IMG/VR virus record: IMGVR_UViG_3300031669_000034 | Location: 1 to 58,165 of that record | DNA: 58,165 nt | Strand: one strand, 5' to 3' | Source of the DNA: a virus | Lineage: Duplodnaviria > Caudoviricetes | Part shown: in pieces, positions 18,787-28,571 of the stretch | How the letters are laid out: the number at the start of each line of letters is the position of its first letter | Numbering within the stretch: position 1 is the stretch's first letter | Translations under genes and position numbers: made by a program | Notes under the pieces: model-generated | What the model was told of the DNA's origin: nothing | Database searches by the model: none | What the model saw: the letters and a program-made list of their open reading frames with translations, nothing else

Positions 18787-19644
18787 GTGGCGTACAGAAG
18801 TATAACTATAATAGGAATAGGAACACTGGGAGGATTTATTGCAGAATCTCTTTCAAATCTGGATGGAGTAGAGGAACTAATTATAGTAGACCACGATATA
18901 GTTGAAAAAAAGAATCTAAGGAATTCTATTTATAGACAGATTGATGTTGATCTATTTAAAGTAGATGCTCTTGGAGATATATTATCTATAAATAGAGATA
19001 TTAATGTTAAACAATTTCCAATAAAATTTGAAGAAGGAACAACAAAACTCCCACACTCAGATTTGGTTTTAGATTGCAGAGATTACACTTATGACAGAGG
19101 ATCATATCTTGATGCACGACTTTATATCTCATCTAGATATCTTATGGTCGATTGTCGAAAGAATGTAAAATATGACAATCCAGTTGAAGGTAAATATCTA
19201 GAAGCTCTAACCAAAGATGATTTACGATACGCTTCAACGATGGTAGCAATGTTACTTCATAGTAATACAATTGCATCATTGATTGATGTAGGATCAGTTC
19301 AAAAATATGAACTTGATTATGTAACAAGGATTGACAGTTGCTCATATGATATTTTATATGATGCATCACCTGGAAATGATAAATTTGTCAACCTGCCTGC
19401 AAAAATTATTCCCATTTTAGATCTTAATAGAGAATATGATCTAAATGTATTTGTTGGAAGTAAGAATCTACCATTAACTGAAAGAATTATTCCTAAAGCA
19501 TCTTTAAAAGATGGAAATGATTTAATAATCAATTTAGCATCTGTTACAAGTTTACAATGCAATTTTAATCAATATCTTGTATCTCCATTTAAGGAAGGTG
19601 GAAAAGTTTATATTGAACTTATTCCTGAAACTGGAGCTGCATAA
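18787..19644 (+). CDS. Second ThiF/E1-like protein, with a C-terminal extension ending IELIPETGAA
   Basis: GTG start after AAGGAG; IIGIGTLGG, DHDIVEKKNLRNS, K, DCRD. Confidence 0.8.
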   Translation: MAYRSITIIGIGTLGGFIAESLSNLDGVEELIIVDHDIVEKKNLRNSIYRQIDVDLFKVDALGDILSINRDINVKQFPIKFEEGTTKLPHSDLVLDCRDYTYDRGSYLDARLYISSRYLMVDCRKNVKYDNPVEGKYLEALTKDDLRYASTMVAMLLHSNTIASLIDVGSVQKYELDYVTRIDSCSYDILYDASPGNDKFVNLPAKIIPILDLNREYDLNVFVGSKNLPLTERIIPKASLKDGNDLIINLASVTSLQCNFNQYLVSPFKEGGKVYIELIPETGAA

Positions 19645-19982
19645 TGAAATTAACCCGCATTGCAGTAAAAAATTTAATTGTCCCAAGACGATTGATTTTT
19701 AGAAATGAATTCTATAAAATATTAGATTACCCAAACAAATATATAATCAAAGGATATACTGTTATCTTACTTGATGATAAAATTGATGAGTTAGAAATTA
19801 GGGACTCACATCCCAATGCAAACCCAAGGACTGGAGAATTTTGTATACCAAACACATTACGAAACTTTCCATTAAACGATGAAACGAAAAACATGATTCA
19901 TAACATCTTAAGTTGCTTTAACTTAGATAATTGCTACTTCACTCCTTGGAACGAAATTCAATATAGAAAACAAGAGGTGTGA
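19644..19982 (+). CDS. Minimal E2/UBC-like protein
   Basis: SHPNANPRTGEFCIP matches the UBC active-site pattern HPN-x-G-x-x-C; coupled to ThiF-2. Confidence 0.55.
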   Translation: MKLTRIAVKNLIVPRRLIFRNEFYKILDYPNKYIIKGYTVILLDDKIDELEIRDSHPNANPRTGEFCIPNTLRNFPLNDETKNMIHNILSCFNLDNCYFTPWNEIQYRKQEV

Positions 19983-20215
19983 ACATGCTTAAAGAAAAAA
20001 AACCATTATTATCTAGAAAAAAATTGGACAAAGCTCTTGGTGAATCAATTGATGAGCTCAGCGATGCAACCAAGAAAAGTTCAAGAAAGGTCTTTGATGC
20101 TTTGATAGAAGAAGGGGTACAGACCATAAGTCATATTTTTGATAAATATAAGATAATAGCAAAACAAAAGGTGATCAGACATGGCCAAGAAAAAGACGAT
20201 AGGGATAGTGAGTGA
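19979..20215 (+). CDS. Hypothetical small helical protein
   Basis: GTG start after GAGGT; overlaps neighbours. Confidence 0.55.
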   Translation: MNMLKEKKPLLSRKKLDKALGESIDELSDATKKSSRKVFDALIEEGVQTISHIFDKYKIIAKQKVIRHGQEKDDRDSE

Positions 20216-20426
20216 AATGCACTCAGGGATTCTTGAACAAGAAATTATTCGAATTGTTGAAAAAGTAACACGTGATAATCTACTCGGATTAGCGGCAGAC
20301 GATGTTAAAATCATCGCTAAAGAACTTATGCCCGATTTTGATAGAATGATTTCTAAAAAAATCAAGGATCACTTATATGAGATAGGGGAGTTCCTTATGG
20401 AACGATTTAATACGGAAGACGACTAG
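20181..20426 (+). CDS. Hypothetical small protein directly upstream of RNAP beta'
   Basis: 81-aa ORF; AAGGTGA upstream. Confidence 0.6.
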   Translation: MAKKKTIGIVSEMHSGILEQEIIRIVEKVTRDNLLGLAADDVKIIAKELMPDFDRMISKKIKDHLYEIGEFLMERFNTEDD

Positions 20427-20437
20427 GGGGAGAAATA

Positions 20438-23155
20438 ATGCCAAAAATTCTTAACTATGCTAAATTTTGTGAAAATTTAGAGGAAGTAACCTCTCTAAAA
20501 ACATTTGGGAAAAAGAAGTTTCATTCTAATGGTTTATTCTCCGAGCAAATCTTCGGACCAGTCAGAAACTATACATGCCAATGCGGTACGTATCATGGAG
20601 TTTCAAAATCTGGAGGTACTTGCAAAGAATGTGATGTTGATATTGTTAATAGCGATGAAAGACGAAAAAGATTTGCAAAAATAGTTTTGCCAACACCAGT
20701 TGTTAATCCACTATTCTATGATTTATTAGTTGATATTGCCGGAAGAACTCTAAAAAGTGCGCTTGATGATTTAATGAAAATGGATAAGAGCGTTCTATAT
20801 ATTCAAGATGGTGAATTTGTAGTTACAGTAAACCCCGAAACAATCCCAGCTGGATTACAACAATGGGAACGTATAGAAGCTATCAGAGTTCTTGTCGAAA
20901 CATTAGCTACTGATATGGTTGCTGAGGGAATTCCGGAATGGAAAATTGTTTTAGATAATATTGATAATCTTATTATTGATACAATAATTGTATTACCTCC
21001 AGACTTAAGACCGACGTCTAAAAGTTCAGGCGAAGGAAAACAGTTGATGGACAAAATTAATCGTTATTATGTCCAGATACTAACTAAGAAAGAGATAATG
21101 AAAGATACGATTATTGATATTCGAAGAGATAAAAGTTTGTATTACACATACTTCAAACAATTACAAAAAGATGTCAGCGAATTATATACACGAATATTGG
21201 AAAAGATGGCAAAGAAAGAGGGATTGATTAGAGGAAATATTCTTGGTAAAAGAATTGATTTTTCGGGTCGAGCTGTGATAACTCCAGACCCAACTTTAAA
21301 TCTTGATGAATGTAAATTGCCCTATTTAATGATTCTTGAAATTTTCAAATTGCCTATTGCCAAAAAGATTATGTCTTTGGGTAAATTCAAGATTTTAAAT
21401 AGAGCGATTGATTATGTCGACCTGTGTATTGATAGTCAATCCCCAGCTCTTTTCAAAGTTTGTGAAGGGCTTATTCAAAATGAAGTTTGTATTCTAAACA
21501 GACAACCATCGTTACATAAACTCGGAATGCTTGGTTTCAATATTAAGATAACTCTTGATCAAGTTATTAAAATACACCCGTTGGTGTGTCCTCCATTCAA
21601 TGCAGATTTTGATGGAGATCAAATGGCAGTATATATTCCAATTACAGATGAGGCCAAACAGGAAATTCGGGACAAGATTTTTATCACTAAAAATTTAAGT
21701 AGTCCTGCAAATGAAAGTTTGACAACAACGCCAAGTCAAGATGTCATTTTGGGAATATACTATTTAACTTCCATTGAACTTACGACATATTCAGAAATGA
21801 TAGAATACAAAGGACAAAAAATTACATGGGGACAAGCTGAATTTAATAAATGTCTGCCAGAGGATTATCCAATAATTGATACACCAGTCAACAACGATAA
21901 ATTATTGGATATATTAAATCATATTAAAGATCACTATCCGGAAATGGTTACAGTTCAAGTTTTAGATGCAATCAAAAGGATTGGATTCAAATATGCTACT
22001 CTCTTTGGTTGTACTATGTCACTAAAAGATTGTACGATGGAAGGTGCCAGAGAATTTAGGGATCAGTTGTTTTCAGATGATGATATACACAAACAATTAG
22101 TAGCAGTTTCAGACCCCGCTGTAACACAAAAGATGCGAGAGAACTTCAAATATTCATATATGATTGAATCAGGTGCAAGAGGAAGCTGGGATCAAGTTCG
22201 ACAGCTAGTTTTGACCAGAGGATTTATCTCAAACTTTCAAGGAAAAATTCTTCCAGAACCAATCAAGAATTCATTGATGGATGGGTTGACTAATAAAGAA
22301 TTTTTCTATTCAACATACGGGTGTCGAAAAGGTTTGCTTGATGTTGCTTTGAATACCGGCACAAGCGGATATCTGTCAAGAAAACTAATATTTACTTGTG
22401 CAAATCTTCAAATTGATCCAATACTTGAAGATTGCGGGACGAAAGATCTTTTAACAGTTGAAGTTAAAAATAAACTGAAAGCTCGAATGTTAATTAACAG
22501 ATATATGCTTGAGAATAAAACATTAGTTAGAATAACCAGAGAAAATTATAAAGATAATATTGGAAAGATAATTCAAATTAGAAGTCCAATATTGTGTCAA
22601 AGTCCAAGAATCTGTCATACTTGCTATGGAGATCTATATAAACGATTGAATAGCAGATTCATTGGAATCATAGCAGCTCAAACTCTTGGTGAAAGAGGAA
22701 CCCAATTAGTATTAAGAACATTTCATACTTCTGGTTCAGCGGTCATTAAGGGAGAAGGAGAAGAAAGCGGGGATGTGGATCAATCAATGCTTCAAGAAGA
22801 CATTATTGGAGATCTCGCTTCTGTGTCTGAACTATTGCATAAGTTCAAAGGAAAAAGTTATGATGGTATAGTTTCAGAATTATTTGATGCCTATGGTAAA
22901 GATATTTATCATGTTCATTATGAATGTGTGGTTGCTCAGCTTATGTGGAGTAACTATCGAAAATGGAGACTATTAGAAAATAGGGTACTAGTCGAACCGG
23001 ATTACTTTTCAATCCAATCTGTGCCCAATCAGGAAAGCTGGATATTAGCGATGGCCTTCTCAAATCCAAAAAGATCAATTTTACAGGGCATACTATATGA
23101 AGGAAGATATTCAGGAGTCATGGATAAAATTCTAAAGGGGGAACGAATCACATGA
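20438..23155 (+). CDS. rpoC: Phage multisubunit RNA polymerase beta' subunit
   Basis: GLFSEQIFGP, Zn finger CQC..CKEC, VLPPDLRP, GKRIDFSGRAVI, LNRQPSLH, catalytic NADFDGDQM, bridge helix TSGYLSRKL, trigger loop TQLVLRTFH. Confidence 0.96.
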   Translation: MPKILNYAKFCENLEEVTSLKTFGKKKFHSNGLFSEQIFGPVRNYTCQCGTYHGVSKSGGTCKECDVDIVNSDERRKRFAKIVLPTPVVNPLFYDLLVDIAGRTLKSALDDLMKMDKSVLYIQDGEFVVTVNPETIPAGLQQWERIEAIRVLVETLATDMVAEGIPEWKIVLDNIDNLIIDTIIVLPPDLRPTSKSSGEGKQLMDKINRYYVQILTKKEIMKDTIIDIRRDKSLYYTYFKQLQKDVSELYTRILEKMAKKEGLIRGNILGKRIDFSGRAVITPDPTLNLDECKLPYLMILEIFKLPIAKKIMSLGKFKILNRAIDYVDLCIDSQSPALFKVCEGLIQNEVCILNRQPSLHKLGMLGFNIKITLDQVIKIHPLVCPPFNADFDGDQMAVYIPITDEAKQEIRDKIFITKNLSSPANESLTTTPSQDVILGIYYLTSIELTTYSEMIEYKGQKITWGQAEFNKCLPEDYPIIDTPVNNDKLLDILNHIKDHYPEMVTVQVLDAIKRIGFKYATLFGCTMSLKDCTMEGAREFRDQLFSDDDIHKQLVAVSDPAVTQKMRENFKYSYMIESGARGSWDQVRQLVLTRGFISNFQGKILPEPIKNSLMDGLTNKEFFYSTYGCRKGLLDVALNTGTSGYLSRKLIFTCANLQIDPILEDCGTKDLLTVEVKNKLKARMLINRYMLENKTLVRITRENYKDNIGKIIQIRSPILCQSPRICHTCYGDLYKRLNSRFIGIIAAQTLGERGTQLVLRTFHTSGSAVIKGEGEESGDVDQSMLQEDIIGDLASVSELLHKFKGKSYDGIVSELFDAYGKDIYHVHYECVVAQLMWSNYRKWRLLENRVLVEPDYFSIQSVPNQESWILAMAFSNPKRSILQGILYEGRYSGVMDKILKGERIT

Positions 23156-23370
23156 GAGATCCCAAAAGAATACCAGAAATATTAGATGAACTAAAGGGGA
23201 TTTGGGGAGCAGTTCCTGATCTACGCTTTGGTCAATTGATAATAAATGTAATAGGCACACAAATATTATCAAAAGAAAATGACCAACAATTTTATTATAT
23301 GGAGGATGAAGAACTAATAAAACTTTTTAGAAAATATCTTTCGGAGGTTAAATATATTGAACATCATTAA
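23152..23370 (+). CDS. Small conserved phage protein (MRDPxRI...W...PDLRFGQL; YihD/DUF1040-like)
   Basis: Recognisable motif; lies between the two RNAP genes. Confidence 0.65.
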   Translation: MRDPKRIPEILDELKGIWGAVPDLRFGQLIINVIGTQILSKENDQQFYYMEDEELIKLFRKYLSEVKYIEHH

Positions 23371-26359
23371 TCCAACATTTAAAATCCAAGATTTGGATAA
23401 AAATGTCTTTACAATAAGACAAAAGGATTACGATCAGATTTTACCGTTGGTTCAGAAAATAGTTAAACCAGTTGAGGAGATTGGCTTCGAAATAAATGAA
23501 ATTGATCTCAAGGATTCAAGGTTTGCTTCCGGAGAATTATCATCAACTCTAAAGCAAACTTTAGTTATCAAAATGCAAAAGGGTACTGCAAATATTGATA
23601 TCTCAATATTCATTCCAAAACTGGTAGAAAATAATTATATTTACATCAACGGAAGGAAAAAGATTCCTCTATTTCAGTTATTTGATATTCCCATTGTTAC
23701 AAGAGGCGAAAACATCAAACTCAGAACAAATGTAGCAACCATTGTTGTCACATTAGAAAAAGAAGGTCCAAGAGTTCAGATTAGTTTTCTTGGGAAAAAA
23801 GTTCCTCTTTCTTTAATGTTTCTTGCATATTATGGCATTGAAAGAGTATACGAGATGTTCAGCCTCACTGAAAAGATTGACCCTTCGGACGGTCATTTGT
23901 ATGAGATACTCAGATTTGATCTTAAGGATTATTGTGAGGAATCCAAGGGATACACACAAGATGATTTTGTTTTAGAAGTTGGAAGAATTTATTCTCGCTT
24001 CAATCAAAAATCAAAAGGTGAAGATATAATGTACGCCCTTGATCTTATTCCCAAGGTCGATATTATTACAGCAAAGTTTTTAACAACCGACTCAATTTTA
24101 GAAGAATTAGTTGAAGCTATCAAAATTGGGGACATCGACGATACACTATTTACTAATAAACGGGTTAGATGTTTCGAGTATATGGTTACATCTAAAGTCT
24201 CAAAAATCATATTTGATTTATGCTTCTCAAACAGAACATCTCGGCAACCAAAATTTAATATCAACTCCACTCAAATATTATCAGAGTGTAATGTATCAGA
24301 TATTGTTCAGTTTGATTTCTCTATTAATCCAATTGAAGAACTAACCAAGTTATCCCGAATAAGTCTTTTAGGACCTGGAGGATTTAAAAGAGAAAATATT
24401 CCACAGCATTTGAGAGACATATGTCCAACTATGTACGGTCGAGTGTGTCCGGTTGATACTCCGGATAGAGACAATTGCGGAGTCTTACAAAATTTAATTC
24501 CAAATGTTTTATTGGACGATAATCTGAAATTTAGCGATGAATTTTTAGAGAATCAACCAATTTCAATGCCAGTTTCAATGACTCCATTCTTGAAACATGA
24601 TGATCAAACAAGACTTCAAATGGCGGCATCACAAATGCGCCAATCAATTATGTTAAAAGAGTTTGATACTCCATTGATCAGTTCTGGTTGTGAAGGTCTT
24701 TATTCAGACTATACACAATTTGTCAAGCGAGCCAAAAAAGATGGTGAAGTTCTGCATATTGATCGTAACTATATCATAGTAATCTATAATGATAAAGATG
24801 CAGATGTGTTTGACATTAGTTATAGAAAGATTTATGTTGAACATCTTGACTTTATGAACATCTATATAAAACCAGGAGATAAATTCAAAGCGGGTGACAT
24901 TCTTGCCGAAAGTAACTTTTGTAAAGATGGAAAAATTAATATAGGCAAGAATCTATTAACTGGGGTAATGGTGTATTATGGAAACAACTATGAGGATGGT
25001 ATTGTCATATCTGATAGATTGGTTGAAGATGATTCCCTAACTTCAGTGCATTATAAAGAATTATCATTTTCACTGACACCTGAAAAAGTATTGTTATCTC
25101 TTAGTGAGGATAAATACAAACCATTGCCTGATGATTTAGAAGTAATTCAGGCAGGAAATCCATACGCAATTTTGAAAAAATTAAATTCTGATGATTTTTA
25201 TTCAGTATTCTCAGAACCCATTGAGTTGATTGCTAGGAAAAACTTCATTATTTCAGAAGTAAATCTCTATGCAAATTCATGGAATGAAGAAGTTCCGGAG
25301 TATAAGAAATGGATTGAAACGAAACTTCAAGAACAATCTGAAAAAGAAAATTATCTTCAAAAAATGATGAAAGTACATTTACCAAAAGATCACGCTATCA
25401 AATTTATTAGAGAACGAGGACTTGATAAATTTTCGTTCGTCGGAAAATATAAAAATAAAAGAGAAAAAATTAATGGTATTCAAGTCGAAATGATTGGAGT
25501 TCATACAAGAAAAATAAAAGTCGGGGATAAGATCGCAAACAGGCATGGTAATAAGGGAGTTATTTCAAGAATAGTCCCTCATGATAAAATGCCCCAGTTA
25601 CCAAATGGGCAACACCTGGATATTTGTATTAATCCTCTAGGTATTATTTCTCGAATGAACTTTGGTCAATTATATGAATTACATCTAGCATTTTCAGTTA
25701 GTCATCTAAAACGAAAAATGATTGAGATGATTGACGCAGAAGTTCCAGATAAAGAGATTACAGATTTTCTATTTGGATATATAGAAATTATTGACAAAAC
25801 AAATGGAAAATGGTATTCAGAACAAATCAAAGAACAGTTACCAAAGAAAATTACAAAGGAATTTGTTGAAAATTTTACTATCATTCAACCTCCTTTTGAA
25901 TCATGCAGAATTGAAGAAGTTGAAAAGGCAATGGAATACACAGGAACCAATTTTACCGAAGTTCTTTATGATCCATTATCTCAAGTTAATTTACATAATG
26001 AAATTGCAGTTGGTTATATTTACTTTTTCAGAATGGTTCATATTGCTGAAGAAAAATTAGCTGCAAGAGGAATTGGAGCATATGCCAGGAGAACACTTCA
26101 ACCGCTCGGCGGAAGAAAGAATAAAGGTGGTCAGAGATGTGGAGAAATGGAAACCGCCTGTTTGATTGGTCATGATGCACCATGCAACTTATTTGAATTT
26201 CTTACAACTAAATCAGACTGCATTGATCTAAAAAATAGTTACATCCGTGGTTTTATTGAATCCAAACTTGTTGACGAAACTAAGGAATTAAATCCAATGC
26301 CGGAATCGGTAAAACTCCTTAATTCTTACTTAACAGTTATAGGAGTTGATCACAAATGA
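23357..26359 (+). CDS. rpoB: Phage multisubunit RNA polymerase beta subunit
   Basis: TTG start after GGAGG; LGPGG, GRVCPVDTPD, HDDQTRLQM..QMRQ, NYEDGIVIS, GDKIANRHGNKGVIS, NPLGIISRMN, GGQRCGEME. Confidence 0.96.
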   Translation: MNIINPTFKIQDLDKNVFTIRQKDYDQILPLVQKIVKPVEEIGFEINEIDLKDSRFASGELSSTLKQTLVIKMQKGTANIDISIFIPKLVENNYIYINGRKKIPLFQLFDIPIVTRGENIKLRTNVATIVVTLEKEGPRVQISFLGKKVPLSLMFLAYYGIERVYEMFSLTEKIDPSDGHLYEILRFDLKDYCEESKGYTQDDFVLEVGRIYSRFNQKSKGEDIMYALDLIPKVDIITAKFLTTDSILEELVEAIKIGDIDDTLFTNKRVRCFEYMVTSKVSKIIFDLCFSNRTSRQPKFNINSTQILSECNVSDIVQFDFSINPIEELTKLSRISLLGPGGFKRENIPQHLRDICPTMYGRVCPVDTPDRDNCGVLQNLIPNVLLDDNLKFSDEFLENQPISMPVSMTPFLKHDDQTRLQMAASQMRQSIMLKEFDTPLISSGCEGLYSDYTQFVKRAKKDGEVLHIDRNYIIVIYNDKDADVFDISYRKIYVEHLDFMNIYIKPGDKFKAGDILAESNFCKDGKINIGKNLLTGVMVYYGNNYEDGIVISDRLVEDDSLTSVHYKELSFSLTPEKVLLSLSEDKYKPLPDDLEVIQAGNPYAILKKLNSDDFYSVFSEPIELIARKNFIISEVNLYANSWNEEVPEYKKWIETKLQEQSEKENYLQKMMKVHLPKDHAIKFIRERGLDKFSFVGKYKNKREKINGIQVEMIGVHTRKIKVGDKIANRHGNKGVISRIVPHDKMPQLPNGQHLDICINPLGIISRMNFGQLYELHLAFSVSHLKRKMIEMIDAEVPDKEITDFLFGYIEIIDKTNGKWYSEQIKEQLPKKITKEFVENFTIIQPPFESCRIEEVEKAMEYTGTNFTEVLYDPLSQVNLHNEIAVGYIYFFRMVHIAEEKLAARGIGAYARRTLQPLGGRKNKGGQRCGEMETACLIGHDAPCNLFEFLTTKSDCIDLKNSYIRGFIESKLVDETKELNPMPESVKLLNSYLTVIGVDHK

Positions 26360-26556
26360 GTATTTTTGACACACCCATGTGGAGTCCGGGAACATCAACA
26401 GTTTCAACATCTTCAATATTTCCATATAATTGGGAAAATGAACATGAAATTAAACCCAAGAGAAAGATAGTTAGAAAGAAAAAAGTTGAAGAGGAAGAAA
26501 TAAAACAAATGCCGTCAGATCTAATTTTATTTGATCCGAAGGATTTGATACTATGA
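26356..26556 (+). CDS. Hypothetical small protein
   Basis: 66-aa ORF with ATGA-type overlap to the beta gene and AGGAG upstream. Confidence 0.55.
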   Translation: MSIFDTPMWSPGTSTVSTSSIFPYNWENEHEIKPKRKIVRKKKVEEEEIKQMPSDLILFDPKDLIL

Positions 26557-26598
26557 GTAATTATAATAAAAAAATAGAAAACTTATGGGGGAAAATAA

Positions 26599-27483
26599 AT
26601 GACAGAATGTTTACCAGATATTCAATGCTCAATACCGGATATTAAAATCCCCATTATGCAAGTAGGTGTTGAAAATATTGAAGTCCCTTTCAAATTGGAA
26701 TCTAAGTATGGCGGGTATCATCAGATGATTGCAAACGTATCTCTGAGAACCAACTTGGATAAAGATACGAAAGGGATTTCAATGTCAAGATTGCTTCTAA
26801 CTTTGAAGCCATATCTTGACTTACCATTAAAGCATACATTGATCAAACAAATACTTGAAGATGTACGAAAAAATGTTGAGAGCGATGCTGCATTTATGAA
26901 GTTTGAATTTCGAATGCCGATAATACGAAAGTCTATAAAATCGGATAATGAGTTTCCTATCTACTATAAATGCAAATTTGAAGGACAGCTATTTAAATCT
27001 CCCGTATTCGTTGAACAGGGAGTATTTACAATTACAGATCATTTCAGATTCTATCAAGGCGTTATAATCCAATATGCTTCATACTGCCCTTGTTCAGCAG
27101 AGTTGTGTGGCCATTTAAATGAAAATGAGTCAAAGGGATATCCACACAATCAAAGATCGTATGCTGACATTCTTATAGAAGTTATTGACCCTCATTATTT
27201 ATGGTTAGAGGATATTATCGACGCTGTTGAAGAACAGTTGATAACTATTCCATATCCAATAATCAAAAGACTAGATGAACAAGAGATAGCAAAGGTAGCT
27301 GCTGAAAATCCGATGTTTGTTGAAGATTCGATCAGAAAAATATCACAATGTTTGAATGATCGTGAAGATGTTTTTGATTGGATTGTTAAGTGTTCTCATG
27401 AAGAATCAATACATACATCTGAAGCAATTGCAGTTAATTGGAAAGGTCGCCCGGGTGGATTTAATGGGAGAAGATATCTATGA
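26599..27483 (+). CDS. folE2: GTP cyclohydrolase IB (FolE2)
   Basis: LPDIQ, KGISMSRL, YCPCS, HNQRS, KRLDE, NPMFVED, EESIH. Confidence 0.92.
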   Translation: MTECLPDIQCSIPDIKIPIMQVGVENIEVPFKLESKYGGYHQMIANVSLRTNLDKDTKGISMSRLLLTLKPYLDLPLKHTLIKQILEDVRKNVESDAAFMKFEFRMPIIRKSIKSDNEFPIYYKCKFEGQLFKSPVFVEQGVFTITDHFRFYQGVIIQYASYCPCSAELCGHLNENESKGYPHNQRSYADILIEVIDPHYLWLEDIIDAVEEQLITIPYPIIKRLDEQEIAKVAAENPMFVEDSIRKISQCLNDREDVFDWIVKCSHEESIHTSEAIAVNWKGRPGGFNGRRYL

Positions 27484-28190
27484 TTAATGTATGCATTTCA
27501 TATGGTTTTGGGGAAGGCAATAGATTTCAACAAGAAACTATTCCAGATAAAATTCAATTAGCAATATACAAGTACGATATTTTTATGGAGCTTAAAGATG
27601 ATGCTGTTAAAGCTCTTAAAAAACATGGTACTGATGTTAAAGTAGTTCACCTTCCAGAGGATACTTTAAGACAAAGTTTAGACAATATAGATAAACTGAT
27701 AGAGATTTGTATTTATGAAATAGGATGTCGAAGGTTTGTTATACATCCAAACAAAAATATCTTTCAGTTTATTGACCACTTTATAGAAAGATGGGGGTAT
27801 TCCGATATGGCAAAACTTTTAGTTGAAACCTTTGGTTGGAGAACTAAAAAACAGCTAAGAGGACCATTGGATATTTTGCAAGTTTGTATTGAAAATCCAG
27901 AATTAGCAATGGTTATTGATACAAGTCATATCGAAACATTGTGGTTTGATCATAGGATTATGCCTACGTTATTGAAATATACCCCAGTAATTCATTTATC
28001 AAATAGAGCAAAAGGGTTCGGTTCACATATGCCGTTTAATTCAGCAAATGGTGAACTGAAACTGGTGGGATTTGTCAGAGATCTAAAACATAGATATAAT
28101 TGGAATGGAGATTTAGTTCTGGAATATATGTCTGAATATAAGGAGAAGCTTATGAAAAATAAACTGTACATAGAGAGGTTATTGGCATGA
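27480..28190 (+). CDS. Xylose-isomerase/AP-endonuclease-2-like TIM-barrel protein
   Basis: VHLP, VIHP, LVET, IDTSH, IHLSN, HMP, VLEY metal-ligand pattern. Confidence 0.7.
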   Translation: MINVCISYGFGEGNRFQQETIPDKIQLAIYKYDIFMELKDDAVKALKKHGTDVKVVHLPEDTLRQSLDNIDKLIEICIYEIGCRRFVIHPNKNIFQFIDHFIERWGYSDMAKLLVETFGWRTKKQLRGPLDILQVCIENPELAMVIDTSHIETLWFDHRIMPTLLKYTPVIHLSNRAKGFGSHMPFNSANGELKLVGFVRDLKHRYNWNGDLVLEYMSEYKEKLMKNKLYIERLLA

Positions 28191-28546
28191 ACAGAGGCCA
28201 TACAATTGCTCTTTACGAGAAAGAGAGACAATATGAAGAAGAGGTTTTTGGAAACTATTCACAGATCAAAAGTTTAAGTTTCCCCAGTTTTCTTGCTTTT
28301 TTAAGAGTATATATTGATAAAGCAGAGAAGGCATATGCCGGAAAATGGGAAAAAGAGTTACCACCGTGGTTGAAAACCTGCGCTGAATTTGAAACTGAAG
28401 CAAAGGGAACCGCACCAGTAAAGGCGTACGAAGAGGTTATCAAAATCATGGCTCTTGCAGGAGCTGCATTAGAAACTTACACAATTATTGACGCCAGTAA
28501 ATGGAGAGAAAATCCGAACACGGATGCAGAAAAGTGGAAAGATTAA
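28187..28546 (+). CDS. Hypothetical protein, possibly an all-alpha NTP pyrophosphatase (MazG-like)
   Basis: ERQY...FG and EEVIKIMALAGAALE resemble phage MazG-like helices; weak. Confidence 0.4.
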   Translation: MNRGHTIALYEKERQYEEEVFGNYSQIKSLSFPSFLAFLRVYIDKAEKAYAGKWEKELPPWLKTCAEFETEAKGTAPVKAYEEVIKIMALAGAALETYTIIDASKWRENPNTDAEKWKD

Positions 28547-28571
28547 AAACTAAAAGGAGAGATGAAAAACA

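Noticed and set aside
19620-19644. IPETG as a sortase LPxTG signal
   Set aside because: No following hydrophobic helix or basic tail and no signal peptide; the protein is a cytoplasmic ThiF
16942-19644. ThiF genes as thiamine or molybdopterin biosynthesis
   Set aside because: No thiG, thiS-GG, moaE or sulfurtransferase nearby; neighbours are JAB and E2-like genes. Not fully excluded without an assay
20438-26359. Bacterial chromosomal rpoBC locus
   Set aside because: Gene order is reversed, the subunits are shorter and divergent, no ribosomal protein genes flank them, and terminase, sheath and baseplate genes are on the same segment
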